Of a DNA stretch of 64,000 bases, positions 9,841-21,100 are shown in pieces. Source of the DNA: Candidatus Latescibacterota bacterium (GTDB lineage: Bacteria; Latescibacterota; UBA2968). The translations under genes were made by a program, and so were the position numbers. Every line of letters starts with the position of its first letter. The stretch's first letter is position 1. The notes beneath the pieces were generated by a model. That model was not told the origin of the DNA. It made no database searches and was given only the letters and a program-made list of their open reading frames with translations. The stretch covers positions 4,800,001 to 4,864,000 of the forward strand of contig OZ244960.1 of NCBI GenBank assembly GCA_965222605.1, written 5' to 3'.

Positions 9841-10590
9841 CTATTTTTTAAGAACAAAATGCACCCGGTCCGAAAATTCTGTCGGCGGTGCATACCCAAA
9901 TCCACCGTAAGCCCCTACCATTTCAAAAGGTGATTTATCTACAATTTCTTCAATCGCTGTCAAAGAATAAATGCGCTGTTGATGCACTTCTTTGACCACT
10001 TCATCCGTGTCTTCAAAGTGGATATCAAATTTGTTGTATTGCACACCCTTCTCGTAATAGCTGTGCCGTCGATATGAAAATCCATCCCCCGAATCTTCTG
10101 ACTGCATATTGCTAAAGTATTGCCTCGAATTGCTCTCTGTACAGATATCGACCATAAAAACACCGTTGGGATTTACAATGCGATGCACTTCTTCCAGAGC
10201 ATGCGCGATCATTTCGGGTGACATCAAATAGTTGATGCTATCGTACAAACACAATACCGTATCACATGCAGGCAGATCGCCCAAATCGAGCAAATTGCGA
10301 TGGTAAAATGGAATAGGATAGTGCAACTTACGCGCTTTATCTACAGCTATATCCAGCATTTCTTTGCATCCATCTGCGCCCAGGACATCAAACTTCTGAC
10401 GGTATAGCTCTATTGCCAGACTGCCCGTGCCACAGGCCAGGTCCAATACGCGGTTGGGTTTGACTTTGTGGCGTGCGAGCAATGACGATACATAATGCGC
10501 CCAATGCACGTAATCTACATGTCGCATTACGTAGTCGTAAATGGTCGCCAGGCGGCTATAAGGTGTTGTCTCAGTATCGAATTTTGGCAT
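9841..10590 (-). CDS. Class I SAM-dependent methyltransferase
   Basis: VLDLACGTG, DSINY, PNGVF. Confidence 0.88.
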   Translation of the reverse strand: MPKFDTETTPYSRLATIYDYVMRHVDYVHWAHYVSSLLARHKVKPNRVLDLACGTGSLAIELYRQKFDVLGADGCKEMLDIAVDKARKLHYPIPFYHRNLLDLGDLPACDTVLCLYDSINYLMSPEMIAHALEEVHRIVNPNGVFMVDICTESNSRQYFSNMQSEDSGDGFSYRRHSYYEKGVQYNKFDIHFEDTDEVVKEVHQQRIYSLTAIEEIVDKSPFEMVGAYGGFGYAPPTEFSDRVHFVLKK

Positions 10591-10655
10591 AAAATAAAAA
10601 ACGGCCAGCCCGTGCCGGCCTGTGCCTTTCTACTTTTTTTTGACGGGATCGCGTC

Positions 10656-10928
10656 TCAAAAAAACTCTGATGCCTGTGCTTCCTCCCGAATAATGCGATA
10701 ATATTCAGATGCTTGCTTTCGCGATATATTGCCTCGTGGAATCGCCAATACCTCAAACTCTAACAGACGGTCGGAAAATGCAATGCACACTCTTTGCCCG
10801 GCGCGCAAAACGCGACTCGCTTTGGCCTCTTGCCCATCTACTGTCACAATTCCATTGCCACACGCTCGCTTGGCTTCTGATCGCCGCCGGACCAGACAAC
10901 ACGTATTTAGATAGATATCTAATCGCAT
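10656..10928 (-). CDS. S4-domain RNA-binding protein (Hsp15/RqcP-like)
   Basis: MRLDIYL...RRSEAKRAC..G.VTVDG..AKAS. Confidence 0.85.
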   Translation of the reverse strand: MRLDIYLNTCCLVRRRSEAKRACGNGIVTVDGQEAKASRVLRAGQRVCIAFSDRLLEFEVLAIPRGNISRKQASEYYRIIREEAQASEFF

Positions 10929-10934
10929 ACTATC

Positions 10935-12176
10935 CTATTCCAATCGCACATCTACATATAATTTCGCTCGCGTTTCCGCCAGTTTCTCGCGGAATAATTC
11001 CTGCAAACGCTCTTCTTTGGCAATTTGTTCTAATGCGGTCGCATCGTCATTGATTCGAAATAGATGCCAGCCGCCTTCCAGTTTTACGGGCAAACTTACA
11101 TCGCCCGGCTTGAGTGCCCGCACCACATCTGCATATTCGGGTGGAAGTTCAGACTTGAGAAAGTCCCTCAAAAATCCGCCGTGCGCTGCTGTTTGCTCAA
11201 AGTCGGAATGCTCGCGCGCAAGTTCGGCAAAATCCGCCCCGTCTTGAATCTGTTTATACAATGCCATTGCCTTTTGTTGCGCGACTTTTTCGTCTTTTTG
11301 CAATAAAAACAAAATATGACGCGCTCGCACCTGATCGCCCGAGATTTCCTCAACGCGAATAATGTGAAAGCCAAACTGTGATTGTACGAGGTCGCTCACC
11401 TCGCCGACTTTGAGACTAAAAGCAACGTCTTCAAATGCAGGCACCATGGTACCGCGCCCAAAAAAGCCCAAATCTCCACCTTGAGACGCGCTGCCCGGGT
11501 CTTGTGAGTATTCTTTTGCCAGCGCTGCAAAATCTTCACCTGCCCGAATGCGTTCTAAGATCGCTTCTGCCTGGGGGCGAATTTTGTCCTGCTGTTCTAT
11601 CGATGCAGCAGGTTCAACAAAGATATGGCTCAACGACACGGTATTTGACTCGCCGCGGCGGTATTTTTCTTGAAATTCCTTTATTTCCCGAGGCGATACA
11701 CTGACCTGCTGCACCAGCATGCCATACACACTCTGTTCCAAATACTGATTGCGAATTTGCTCCCTGTAGTTATCTCGCATCTGTCGCTCGGTCAATCCCG
11801 CTTTTTTTAATTCTTCGGCAAAAGCCGCTGCGCCAAACTGTTCCTTAATCAGGCGAATTTGCTCCCGCACGCTCTCCTCCACGCGCTCGTCATCTACTTC
11901 AATACTGTCTTCTCGCGCTCTGACCAATAATAAGTTGCGCTGAATTTCATTCTCCAGCACCTTATTAAACATATTTTCAAGCTCTGCCTGTGGTACGGTT
12001 CGCACATCAATTCTTCGACCGATCAATTCCTGCCGCAGCTTGTTCTCCACATCGGACCGCAGCACAATTTTGTCATCTATCACCGCTACTATTTGATCCA
12101 ATAATAGAGGCTCTGCACGCGCTACGCTCACGAGTGGGAATAATCCAATCAACAAGTTGATAAACAGCGTTTTCAT
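10935..12176 (-). CDS. surA: SurA-like periplasmic chaperone/PPIase
   Basis: Signal peptide, DQIVAVID N-domain, two parvulin domains ([25 protein letters not shown]). Confidence 0.8.
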   Translation of the reverse strand: MKTLFINLLIGLFPLVSVARAEPLLLDQIVAVIDDKIVLRSDVENKLRQELIGRRIDVRTVPQAELENMFNKVLENEIQRNLLLVRAREDSIEVDDERVEESVREQIRLIKEQFGAAAFAEELKKAGLTERQMRDNYREQIRNQYLEQSVYGMLVQQVSVSPREIKEFQEKYRRGESNTVSLSHIFVEPAASIEQQDKIRPQAEAILERIRAGEDFAALAKEYSQDPGSASQGGDLGFFGRGTMVPAFEDVAFSLKVGEVSDLVQSQFGFHIIRVEEISGDQVRARHILFLLQKDEKVAQQKAMALYKQIQDGADFAELAREHSDFEQTAAHGGFLRDFLKSELPPEYADVVRALKPGDVSLPVKLEGGWHLFRINDDATALEQIAKEERLQELFREKLAETRAKLYVDVRLE

Positions 12177-12220
12177 GTCAATAGATTCCTTGTATTAGTA
12201 GTCAGTGGTCAACTCAGTCC

Positions 12221-13078
12221 TCATTTTGCACTATTCAATTGCTTCCAATCGACTGACCATTCAATCCGCTCTTTGAGTTCGGTCAGCAATTTTGCGCGTT
12301 GCTCGCGTCGGCGCTCGGTCAGGATGCGTTGTTGAATCTCGCCGCGCACATCAACCAAATCGCGTATTGAACCCTCGTCGTTCCGATCCATCACCTCGAT
12401 TATATGGTAACCCAATTCGGTATGCGTGCGTATCCGATGTCCCAATTTGGCATCTCGACATACCGACCAGAAAGCAGGGGCGACCATATCTTCGGTAAAA
12501 TACCCCAGATCGCCGCCATTTACAGCCGACTGATCGATTGAAACTTCGCGTGCCACCTGCTCAAAAAATTCGCCCTTTTGCAGCCGGTTCCACGCCAGAT
12601 TCATTGCATTTCTGTCTGCCACAACGAGATGCCGCACTCTGAGTTCGAGTTGATCGCGCTCAAAATCTGCCCGATGTTCTTCGTAATAATTGAGAATTTC
12701 ATCCTCTGAGACTTCGGCAGCGCGTGCGTATGTGCGGGCCATCAATTCGCTCGCCAACAGTTGCCGAACAGCGCGATCGATGCGATCTGACAGTTCGAGG
12801 TCCTGGTCGAGTTTTCGTCTTATGGCTTCTCGATAGAGGAGTTCTTCCTCGATCCAATTTTCGACTAATCTTTGTTTTTCTTTTGGCGAGATTGTGCCTG
12901 CAAACGGGGTGGGAATACGCCTTTCCAATGCTTCTTTGGTCAGATAGCGATTCTCCACCTGCGCCACGACGGAAACTTTTTGTGGCCTTTCGCATCCCCA
13001 CATGCCAATCAGGCAGATTATCAGGCCGATTTTCAAACACCGCGTCCGCTTCAAAACGCGATCCCCCATTGCGGTCAT
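12221..13078 (-). CDS. PpiC-type peptidyl-prolyl isomerase lipoprotein
   Basis: Lipobox-like MWGC, RHLVV, GGDLGYF, GYHII. Confidence 0.8.
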   Translation of the reverse strand: MTAMGDRVLKRTRCLKIGLIICLIGMWGCERPQKVSVVAQVENRYLTKEALERRIPTPFAGTISPKEKQRLVENWIEEELLYREAIRRKLDQDLELSDRIDRAVRQLLASELMARTYARAAEVSEDEILNYYEEHRADFERDQLELRVRHLVVADRNAMNLAWNRLQKGEFFEQVAREVSIDQSAVNGGDLGYFTEDMVAPAFWSVCRDAKLGHRIRTHTELGYHIIEVMDRNDEGSIRDLVDVRGEIQQRILTERRREQRAKLLTELKERIEWSVDWKQLNSAK

Positions 13079-13142
13079 ACCCCCGTATGTGGCTCTAAAC
13101 TATTGGCAATAAAAAAGGTTCCGAATAATCGAATATACGCCT

Positions 13143-16100
13143 TCAAATTAGGCTCTGCAACACATTTTTAGCCGATTCTAACCGCGATTGCGGCCCTTTC
13201 CCAATTAGCGCGACTTCGATTTTTGGTGGCTCTCCCAGGGCAAATTCCAGGGGGAGTGGCGACTGTGTCACCATCCGTTCAATATCCGTTCGCATCAGCG
13301 GCTTGTCCGGCGACAGGGTCATTGTCATGGTCTGCCCGATTTGCAACTGCGACAACCTGAGTCGGCGGGCTAAAATTTTGACCTGTAAGATGTCTAATAA
13401 TGCGGATGTGGGTTCGGGCAAAGGCCCAAAGCGGTCCGCGAGTTCTTCCTCAATCGCCAGGACTTCCACAGTTTGCCGTATCTGGCCCAATCGCTGATAA
13501 AACTGCATTTTTTGATCCGCATCCGGAATATAGTCGTCCGGAATATACGACGAGACGGATACCTGTACATCTGGCTCGATAGCGGGTTCGGTCTCATCGC
13601 CCTTAATTTGTCGCACGGCTTCGTCCAACAATCTCGTGTACAAATCAAATCCCACGGCTGCTATATGTCCGTGTTGCTGCGCCCCGAGCAAGTTGCCCGT
13701 GCCCCGAATTTCCATGTCCCGCATTGAAATGTGAAAACCCGACCCCAAATCCGAAAATTCTTCGATGGCGCGCAATCGCCTCACCGCCGGTTTTTTGAGC
13801 GCTTGCCAAGATGGCACGAATAAATACGCATAGGCCCGCTTATTTGATCGTCCCACCCGACCGCGCAATTGATACAACTGCGCCAATCCCAGGCGATCTG
13901 CCCGATTTACGATTAGCGTGTTCGCGTTGGGAATGTCCAGACCGGATTCTACGATCATGGTCGAGACCAGAACATCGTATTTATACTCAAAAAAGTCCAT
14001 CATCACTTTTTCGAGTTGCCGTTCGGGCATCTGTCCATGTCCCATACCAAAACGCACTTGCGGCAGCAGGCGCGTGAGAAAATCCATCATCGCGTGCATG
14101 GATTGAACCCGATTGTGTACAAAATAAACCTGTCCACTGCGATCTACTTCTCGTAAGATCGCTTCGGCAATGCGGTCTTCTTCAAATGCCAGCACTTCGG
14201 TCTGAATTGGCAATCGGTCTTTGGGCGGGGTTTGTATGACCGACATATCGCGTGCGCCCATCAGCGACATGTGCAGGGTGCGCGGAATTGGCGTGGCGGT
14301 AAGCGTCAATACATCCACCAGGCGCCGCATTTCTTTTAACCGCTCTTTGTGCCGCACCCCAAAGCGGTGTTCTTCGTCTATGACCAGAAGGCCAAGCTCT
14401 TTGAAGTTGACATCTTTTGACAATAACCGATGCGTGCCCACCACGATATCTACGGTGCCTTTTTTCATCGCCTCAAGGGTTCGCATCTGTTCGGCTCGCG
14501 TGCGGAAGCGGCTCAAGACCGCTACATGGACTGGAAATTCGGAAAATCGTTCGCAAAATGTGCGATAGTGTTGCTGCGCCAAAATGGTTGTGGGAGCGAG
14601 CACTGCTGCTTGTTTGCCATCTAAAATCGCTTTAAACGCCCCGCGAATCGCCACTTCTGTTTTGCCATATCCCACATCGCCACAAATCAATCGATCCATG
14701 GCGGACTGCGCTTCCATATCTTTTCGCACGGCGTCAATCGCTTCTTGTTGATCCCGGGTTTCGCGATAGGGAAACGAGGCTTCCAGTGCGTTCATTTCTG
14801 ACTCGTCAGGCGAAAATGCCATGCCCGGTTGCGCCTTGCGTTCGGCGTATAATGACACGAGTTCTGCGGCCATTTTGAATATCGCTTTGCGCGTCTTTTC
14901 CTTTAGCCGCTCCCAGGCCACTGTACCCAATTTGCTCAATACGGGTACTACGCCATCTTGTCCCGAATATTTTTGTACCTGATTCATCTGATCCACGGGC
15001 ACAAAAACCCTATCTCCATCCCGATATCCAATGGTCAGACAGTCGCTGGACATGCGGCCTATTTCAATTCTCTCTACGCCGTTGAACCGACCGATTCCGT
15101 GATCTACATGCACGACAAAATCGCCGCGCTGAAGTGCGGCCACGGTCTTGATGGGTTGCGCGTCTTGAAAGCGCCGATACCGCCGTCTGCGATGTACGCG
15201 GCTGTAAATTTCGTGGTCATTGATCAAAAAGACTTTGCCGGGGCGGTATGTAAATCCGGATTGTAGCGTGCCCACGTACAGGGAGACCACATCGGCACTT
15301 TCTTCCAAAATTTCTTCCAATCGCGCTTTTTGCCCATCACTTTCACACAGAATGACCACTTCATAAGCGTCCAGCCAGTACTTTTGTAAATCCTCTTTTA
15401 ATAGCTGTACATGGCCTTCGTAGTGTCGCCCACTCTGTCCGCCAAAATCCACCACTTCCTCTGATGCTCCTCCCAGTGCGCGGTTCAAGACCCGGGGCCT
15501 GTGTTCTAATTGTCGAAGCATAGTTTCCGGTTGTCGGAGTACACACCGCGCTGGCAAGGGTTCTGTTTCCGCCCGCCGTTTTTTTTGTCGCTTTGCAATT
15601 TGCTCACATGCGCGCCAGGCGTTATCCGCGGCAGTAGCGATGCCATCCGGGTCATCGAGGACGAGCCAGCATCCTTCGAGCACGTAATCCAACAAACCCG
15701 TTTGCTCGCCATATAACACACTCAGGTAATGCTCTTGTCCTTCAAAAATGCCTTCGCGCTCCAGTAAGTTCCGCACCTCGGGCAATTCAATGCCCAGATC
15801 TCGTTCCGCTATTTCCAGATTTTCCAAATAAATATCTGCCATTGTCAGCGGGAGTACGCTTTCCCGGCAAGGCAAAATTCGCGTTTTCTCCAGTTGCGCG
15901 ATTGACCGTTGGGTGCTCAAATCAAATGACCGAATGGACGAGATTTCATCGCCCCAAAATTCCAGCCTGACCGGATGCGCGTTGCCAAACGAACAAACAT
16001 CCAGGATGCCGCCGCGCATCCCAAATTGCCCCACACCCTCCACAGTTGTTACCCGTTCATATCCGATTTCCACCAGATGATCGGCCAGTTCTAAGGGCGA

Positions 16101-16550
16101 AACTTCCTGTTCCAGACGAAGCGTTTTTACACTCAAGTCAAAGAGGTCTGGGGGCAAGGTGTGTCCCATCAGGGCTTCGATGGGTGTGACCACAATGCCG
16201 CTGGCTCCCCGGTGCAACTGGTCCAATGCCTCCATCCGCAATCCCACCACATCCAAATGTGGGGAACGCCCGTCAAAATGCGCGACATCCCAACTCGGAA
16301 AGTAGCCCGCATGTTCTTCGTTCAATAACCGCTCCAAATCATTGCGCAATGCCTCGGCGCGATCCTCATCTGCACATACGACCACCACTGGCCCCGGTAC
16401 GGTTTCTTCAATCCACGCGATGGCAAATGCCGATATCGATCCGGATCCTCCGCGCATGGTTACGACCCGCTCTCCCGATTCCAGTTTTTTCGATAGGTCC
16501 TTAAATGGCGGCGAGTTTTTAATTCTGTTGTACAATCTTTCAATGGACAT
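13143..16550 (-). CDS. mfd: Transcription-repair coupling factor
   Basis: GDVGYGKT, DEEH, TATPIPRT, QLRGRVGR, TRCF C-terminus; start MSIERL after GGAGG (the track ORF runs into the tRNA). Confidence 0.97.
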   Translation of the reverse strand: MSIERLYNRIKNSPPFKDLSKKLESGERVVTMRGGSGSISAFAIAWIEETVPGPVVVVCADEDRAEALRNDLERLLNEEHAGYFPSWDVAHFDGRSPHLDVVGLRMEALDQLHRGASGIVVTPIEALMGHTLPPDLFDLSVKTLRLEQEVSPLELADHLVEIGYERVTTVEGVGQFGMRGGILDVCSFGNAHPVRLEFWGDEISSIRSFDLSTQRSIAQLEKTRILPCRESVLPLTMADIYLENLEIAERDLGIELPEVRNLLEREGIFEGQEHYLSVLYGEQTGLLDYVLEGCWLVLDDPDGIATAADNAWRACEQIAKRQKKRRAETEPLPARCVLRQPETMLRQLEHRPRVLNRALGGASEEVVDFGGQSGRHYEGHVQLLKEDLQKYWLDAYEVVILCESDGQKARLEEILEESADVVSLYVGTLQSGFTYRPGKVFLINDHEIYSRVHRRRRYRRFQDAQPIKTVAALQRGDFVVHVDHGIGRFNGVERIEIGRMSSDCLTIGYRDGDRVFVPVDQMNQVQKYSGQDGVVPVLSKLGTVAWERLKEKTRKAIFKMAAELVSLYAERKAQPGMAFSPDESEMNALEASFPYRETRDQQEAIDAVRKDMEAQSAMDRLICGDVGYGKTEVAIRGAFKAILDGKQAAVLAPTTILAQQHYRTFCERFSEFPVHVAVLSRFRTRAEQMRTLEAMKKGTVDIVVGTHRLLSKDVNFKELGLLVIDEEHRFGVRHKERLKEMRRLVDVLTLTATPIPRTLHMSLMGARDMSVIQTPPKDRLPIQTEVLAFEEDRIAEAILREVDRSGQVYFVHNRVQSMHAMMDFLTRLLPQVRFGMGHGQMPERQLEKVMMDFFEYKYDVLVSTMIVESGLDIPNANTLIVNRADRLGLAQLYQLRGRVGRSNKRAYAYLFVPSWQALKKPAVRRLRAIEEFSDLGSGFHISMRDMEIRGTGNLLGAQQHGHIAAVGFDLYTRLLDEAVRQIKGDETEPAIEPDVQVSVSSYIPDDYIPDADQKMQFYQRLGQIRQTVEVLAIEEELADRFGPLPEPTSALLDILQVKILARRLRLSQLQIGQTMTMTLSPDKPLMRTDIERMVTQSPLPLEFALGEPPKIEVALIGKGPQSRLESAKNVLQSLI

Positions 16551-16624
16551 AAATTTTTGATTTTCCTCCAACAGTACACACCGAAAAGCTCGACACATTA
16601 TATGCGTCGAGCTTTCCAGCGAGA

Positions 16625-16703
16625 TGGCGGGGTAGACGGGACTCGAACCCGCGACCACCGGCGTGACAGGCCGGTACTCTAACCAGAACTGAGCTACTAC
16701 CCC
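16625..16703 (-). tRNA. tRNA-Asp (GTC)
   Basis: GGGGTAG acceptor stem, CCGGC-CTGTCAC-GCCGG anticodon arm, TTCGA T-loop, encoded CCA. Confidence 0.96.
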
Positions 16704-16756
16704 AAATTCGCGATTTTAATTTTAAAACAATCTCCAAAATTCCATGAAGGACCGAA

Positions 16757-16785
16757 AATTTAACAAGGTGTCTTTGCAGTGTCAA
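16757..16785 (-). promoter_or_regulatory. sigma70-like promoter for tRNA-Asp/mfd
   Basis: TTGACA-N17-TAAATT. Confidence 0.65.
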
Positions 16786-16828
16786 GCAAATTTAATAAAA
16801 CCACAAGAGGCATCGCTCCTATGACAAC

Positions 16829-16855
16829 GGGCGGGCACAGGGGCACCGCCCCTAC
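16829..16855 (-). repeat. GTAG-family REP-like palindrome
   Basis: GTAGGGGCGGTGCCCCTGTGCCCGCCC: GTAG foot plus imperfect hairpin. Confidence 0.65.
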
Positions 16856-16933
16856 AAAAATACGCACCTCTTACTCCTTGTTTTTAGCATCTCATCTTAT
16901 TATGTTAGGGCAATTTTGCGCCAAAACTTTCAA

Positions 16934-17901
16934 TCGACGTGCTCCCTCGACTGAAGTCGAGGGATTCCGGGGTCACCCTTTATCAGGCGGCCTCCCGAGA
17001 ACTTGCAGCTTCGTGGACCGTATGGTGATCAAACACCAAGACCACTGGGCGCGCCGAACGCTCACTACTGGGAACCCCAGATACCTGCCGGTGGATATTG
17101 AACGCACCCACAAGGTCTGCTTGGCCTTCAAATCCGCAGCAGCAGGAGTACCAACCACGGTGCTTGCGATTGGATTTTTTTCTTATACCACATTGCGGGC
17201 AAGTCTGCGAGGTATATTTCTCACAGACAACATTGACCTTTATGCCAAGCAGCGCGGCCTTGTATTCAATCATCGCGCTGAGCCTATCATATGGCCAGGC
17301 GTGCAGGCGTTGATTCATCCTTTTGCCATAAGCGATGTGCTGTCGGATGCCAGTCAAGTCGCCCAGGATGATAGTGCCCACACCCTTTTCGACACACACA
17401 TCCACAAACCGTCTGCTGGCGATATGGAGGGCATGCGTGATTTGCCGGGCTTCTTTTCGATCTGGCGATAGCGTCTCGACATCATAGGATGGTCCTGGCT
17501 GGGCGATTTGACCTTTGCTCTGACCTTCTGCCAGTATCGGCGTGTGGCCTTGAGCAGGCGTCCACAGATCAGATACCGAGAGCCATCACAGAAATCTGCG
17601 GCGATGAGCCAGTCTTCGCCTATGTCCACGCCAACGGTGGCCTCTCCCGGCTTATCAGGAACATCCACTTCGACCACCAGACGGGCTTGGAAATCCCGTG
17701 TGTGCGTATCGTAGATGATCTGGACGTTCTTCAACTGAGATGGCTGGCCGAATAACAGACTTTTCCATTCTGGTCGTATTCTTCACGCAGATGAAAGATC
17801 AAGCCATTATAGACTTTGGTCGCAGACAACATTGCGTCACGAAGAATGGCAAAGCGTTCAGGTGCGCCGCGAAGACGGGCTTTTATTGTCAGGTATGGCA
17901 T
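16934..17901 (-). mobile_element. Decayed IS200/IS605-family (IS1341-like, tnpB-only) element
   Basis: tnpB fragments plus right-end hairpin TCCCTCGACTTCAGTCGAGGGA followed by GCACGTCGA; left end not defined. Confidence 0.75.
16983..17901 (-). pseudogene. tnpB: TnpB RNA-guided nuclease pseudogene (three fragments)
   Basis: N-term MPYLTIKARL..KVYN (17901-17731, stop); RuvC-I GVDIG; frameshift near 17455; ILGDL, TSQTCPQCG..CCCG zinc finger, ADLVGAFNI. Confidence 0.85.
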
Positions 17902-17998
17902 TTAAGACTAACCGTCCTGAATATGGTGTCCAATCGGCATAATGGTATGCAGGATAATAGACATAACATCTTGTTTTTTATTGCCCTATTCTTACTTT

Positions 17999-18027
17999 AT
18001 TATACTTACAAATGGTATGGATGTCAA
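17999..18027 (-). promoter_or_regulatory. Perfect-consensus sigma70 promoter facing tnpB
   Basis: TTGACA-N17-TATAAT on the minus strand. Confidence 0.75.
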
Positions 18028-18090
18028 CATCTATGTGCAGGTTTATGTTTATAAACACGTCGCATGATTGGCATTGTGCTTCGCGTGCCT

Positions 18091-18110
18091 CCCCGTGCTC
18101 AAGCACGGGG
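18091..18110. repeat. Short palindrome upstream of the CPBP gene
   Basis: CCCCGTGC-TCAA-GCACGGGG. Confidence 0.45.
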
Positions 18111-18139
18111 TCTCCTGCGACATTTTTTAGGAGAATTTT

Positions 18140-21100
18140 ATGACTCGACGCGATGCTGTATGGATTGTTTGCTTCTTGATCGCAGGTGCGCTCGGTCTCA
18201 CCTGTTATATCCAGTTTTTTGACCGCGCGCTTCCCGTTGCCTCGCTCAATTTTCGCGTAGATCGCGAACAGGCTCATCAGGCTGCCGAAGCGTATCTTCA
18301 CCGCCTGGGTTACGATCTCACAGATTATGAAAGTGCTCAGATCTTCTCGTACTCCAGCCAGCCTCAGGTTTTTCTCGAACGCACTCTGGGTCTTGAGGAA
18401 GCCAACCGCCTCGTGCGCGACTGGGTCTCGGTATGGTATTGGAACATCCGATGGTTTAAGCCGCTTCAAAAAGAAGAACTCCGCGTGCGTATTGATCCCG
18501 GCGGGCGCATCGTAGGGTTTACGCACAGCATTCTCGAATCTGACGAAGGCGCGAGTCTTTCAGAAGAAGATGCCCGTGTTATTGCGGAGACTTTTTTGAC
18601 CGATGTGCAGGGCTTTCAACTCGGTGATTACGAACCTATTGAGGCATCGAGTATTGAGCGTCCCAATCGGATGGATCACACCTTTACTTATCGAAAAAAA
18701 GATTTTGTCGTGGGCGATGATGGGCACTACCGTTTGAGCCTTACGGTTAAGGGTGATAAAGCAGGCTATTTTGCCGAATACCTCAAAGTACCCGAAACCT
18801 TCTCGCGCAATTATCGAGAAATTCGCTCGCGTGCGGGCTTACTTACAAATATTGCTTCGGTTTTCTTTTTTGCACTGGGCATTGCAATGGTTGTCGTGCT
18901 CGTGCGTAAATACCGCCAGCGCACATTGATATGGCGCGCTGCCCTCGCCGTGGGCATTCTCGTGGCTGCCACCAGTTTTCTCGGTGCCGTCAATGGCTAT
19001 CCGCTCACGCGCTTCGGTTACGATACCACGCAGTCCTTTGTTTCCTTTATCCTCACCTTCATCTTTGGCGGTCTGTTGGGTGCTGTGCTCAGCGGAGTTA
19101 TCATCGCGTTGTCCGGTACTGCCGGGGGTGCTGCTGCCCAGGATGTAGAAGGATGGAAAAACCCACTTGCGCGACTGTCTCTGCGCGGCTGGAGATCGGC
19201 GAATTTTGCGCGCATCACACTGGTGGGTTACGGACTTGCATTTGCCCATCTGGGATATGTCACCATCTTTTACATTTTGGGCAATGACTATCTGGGGGTC
19301 TGGTCTCCCGCGGCGATGACGCAGTACAGCAATACGTATAGTACTTATTTGCCGTGGATCTATCCTTTGCTTATCGGTCTCCTCGCCGCAACTATGGAAG
19401 AGTTTTTCTTTCGTCTGCTCGCCATTTCCCTGCTTATTCGCTGGCTAAAAAAGCCCTGGTTGGCCGTGCTTATTCCCGCGATTGTATGGGCCTTTTTGCA
19501 CGCGAATTATCCACAGGAGCCTATTTATATTCGCGGTCTTGAACTCACCGTGGTGGGCGTCATCTTTGGTCTTGTGTTTTTGCGCTACGGTGTTTGGGCA
19601 ACCATTATCTCGCATTATGTGTACAATTGCTTTCTTGGCATTTACCCAATGGTGCAGTCCGATAGTCTCTACTTCAAGGTCTCGGGCATTCTGGCGGTCG
19701 CGATTATTTTTATACCGGCAATTCCCGCTATTTTTGGTGTGATCACGGGGCGCTATAAAGAGGTAGAGGAACCCGAAGAGGTGTCGCCCCCTGAACCGCC
19801 AGAGGAAATAGCGTCCGAAACAGAAATTCCCGAACCCGAACTACTCCCTGACCCCGAGGTCGAACGCAAAACCCCTTCGGATTATCTGATTCCCAAAAGT
19901 GGTCTCGTCGTTTTTGGTGTTCTGGGGCTGATCGGTTGGTCTGTGTATTTCATATCCGACCTTCCAGGATTTGCCAAATACGCCCGCGAGTCCATTATCA
20001 CGCGGTCCGATGCGATTGAGAAGGCAGAAGATATTCGCCGACAACTTGGGCTCAATCTCGAAGGCTATCAACGCACCACGTCATTTTCCAGCAGTTTTGG
20101 ATCCAGCCATTTCACACATCTCATTCGAAATGTCGATCTGGCACGTGCAGATACGCTCGCTGCCGAACATACTTCATCGTGGCGCTGGCGGGTGCGCTGG
20201 TTCAAACCTCTCAAAAAAGAAGAACTCACCATCAGCATTGATGGCAATGGCGATTTTTGCCGCATCTCACATTATGTTCCCGAAAATCGGGAGGGCGCAG
20301 AACTCAGTACGGAAGACGCGCAAAAGATCGCCGAGGTTTTTCTGTCCGGATATTTACAGCGCGATGTGACAGATACGGCGATTTACAAACGTCTTGAAGC
20401 CCGCTCGCAAAAGCGCGAAAACCGAATGGACCACAGTTTTGTTTGGGAGCGCACGGATATTAAAGTTGAAGAAGGAGAATTTCGCATTACTGCCTCTGTA
20501 CAGGGCGATCAAATCGGTCAGGCAAACGCATACTATAAAGCACCCGAAGAGTTTTTGCGCAAATTGCGAGAACGCACGGCCAAAAGTACTATTATCTCTA
20601 CCATCTCTACCATCGCAGTCATTGTCACGGCTGTGCTCGCCATTATTTTCTTTTTGCGCGCTTATCGCGATGGACATGTCAACTTGCAGTTGCCCATTTG
20701 CGTTGGCATTTTGGCCGGTGTATGTTATTTGCTCGCAACACTTAATAATCTGCCTACGTTCTACGCAGGTTATAACACCAGCGATGCCATGAGTACCTTT
20801 CTTGGTGGTGAACTCATTGACCTCGTCATAGGGCTTGTTACTATTGCGATTATGGTTTTTCTATTGAGTGCGTTTGGCGATACAATGTATCGCCGTGAAC
20901 GCCCCCATGAGATGCAGATTTCCGATTGGATTGATATGCTCCGTCTAAAAGTAAATAGCGCGTCACTCTGGTGGCAGACCGTCTTTCTCGTTGTCTGCTA
21001 TTTTGGTATTACCAGAGGTAACAGTATTTTTTCGTCTTATATCAATCTCACCTATCTCGGCGACTACCTCGGTGCAGGCGGTGGTGTGCCTCCCGAAATC

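Noticed and set aside
16551-16658. N-terminal extension of the mfd ORF in the track
   Set aside because: Overlaps tRNA-Asp; the RBS supports a start at 16550.
19617-19627. ATGTGTACAAT, an 11-bp match to the IS110 flanking repeat
   Set aside because: Lies in the codons for the CPBP HYVYN motif with no insertion scar; at most an unoccupied potential site.
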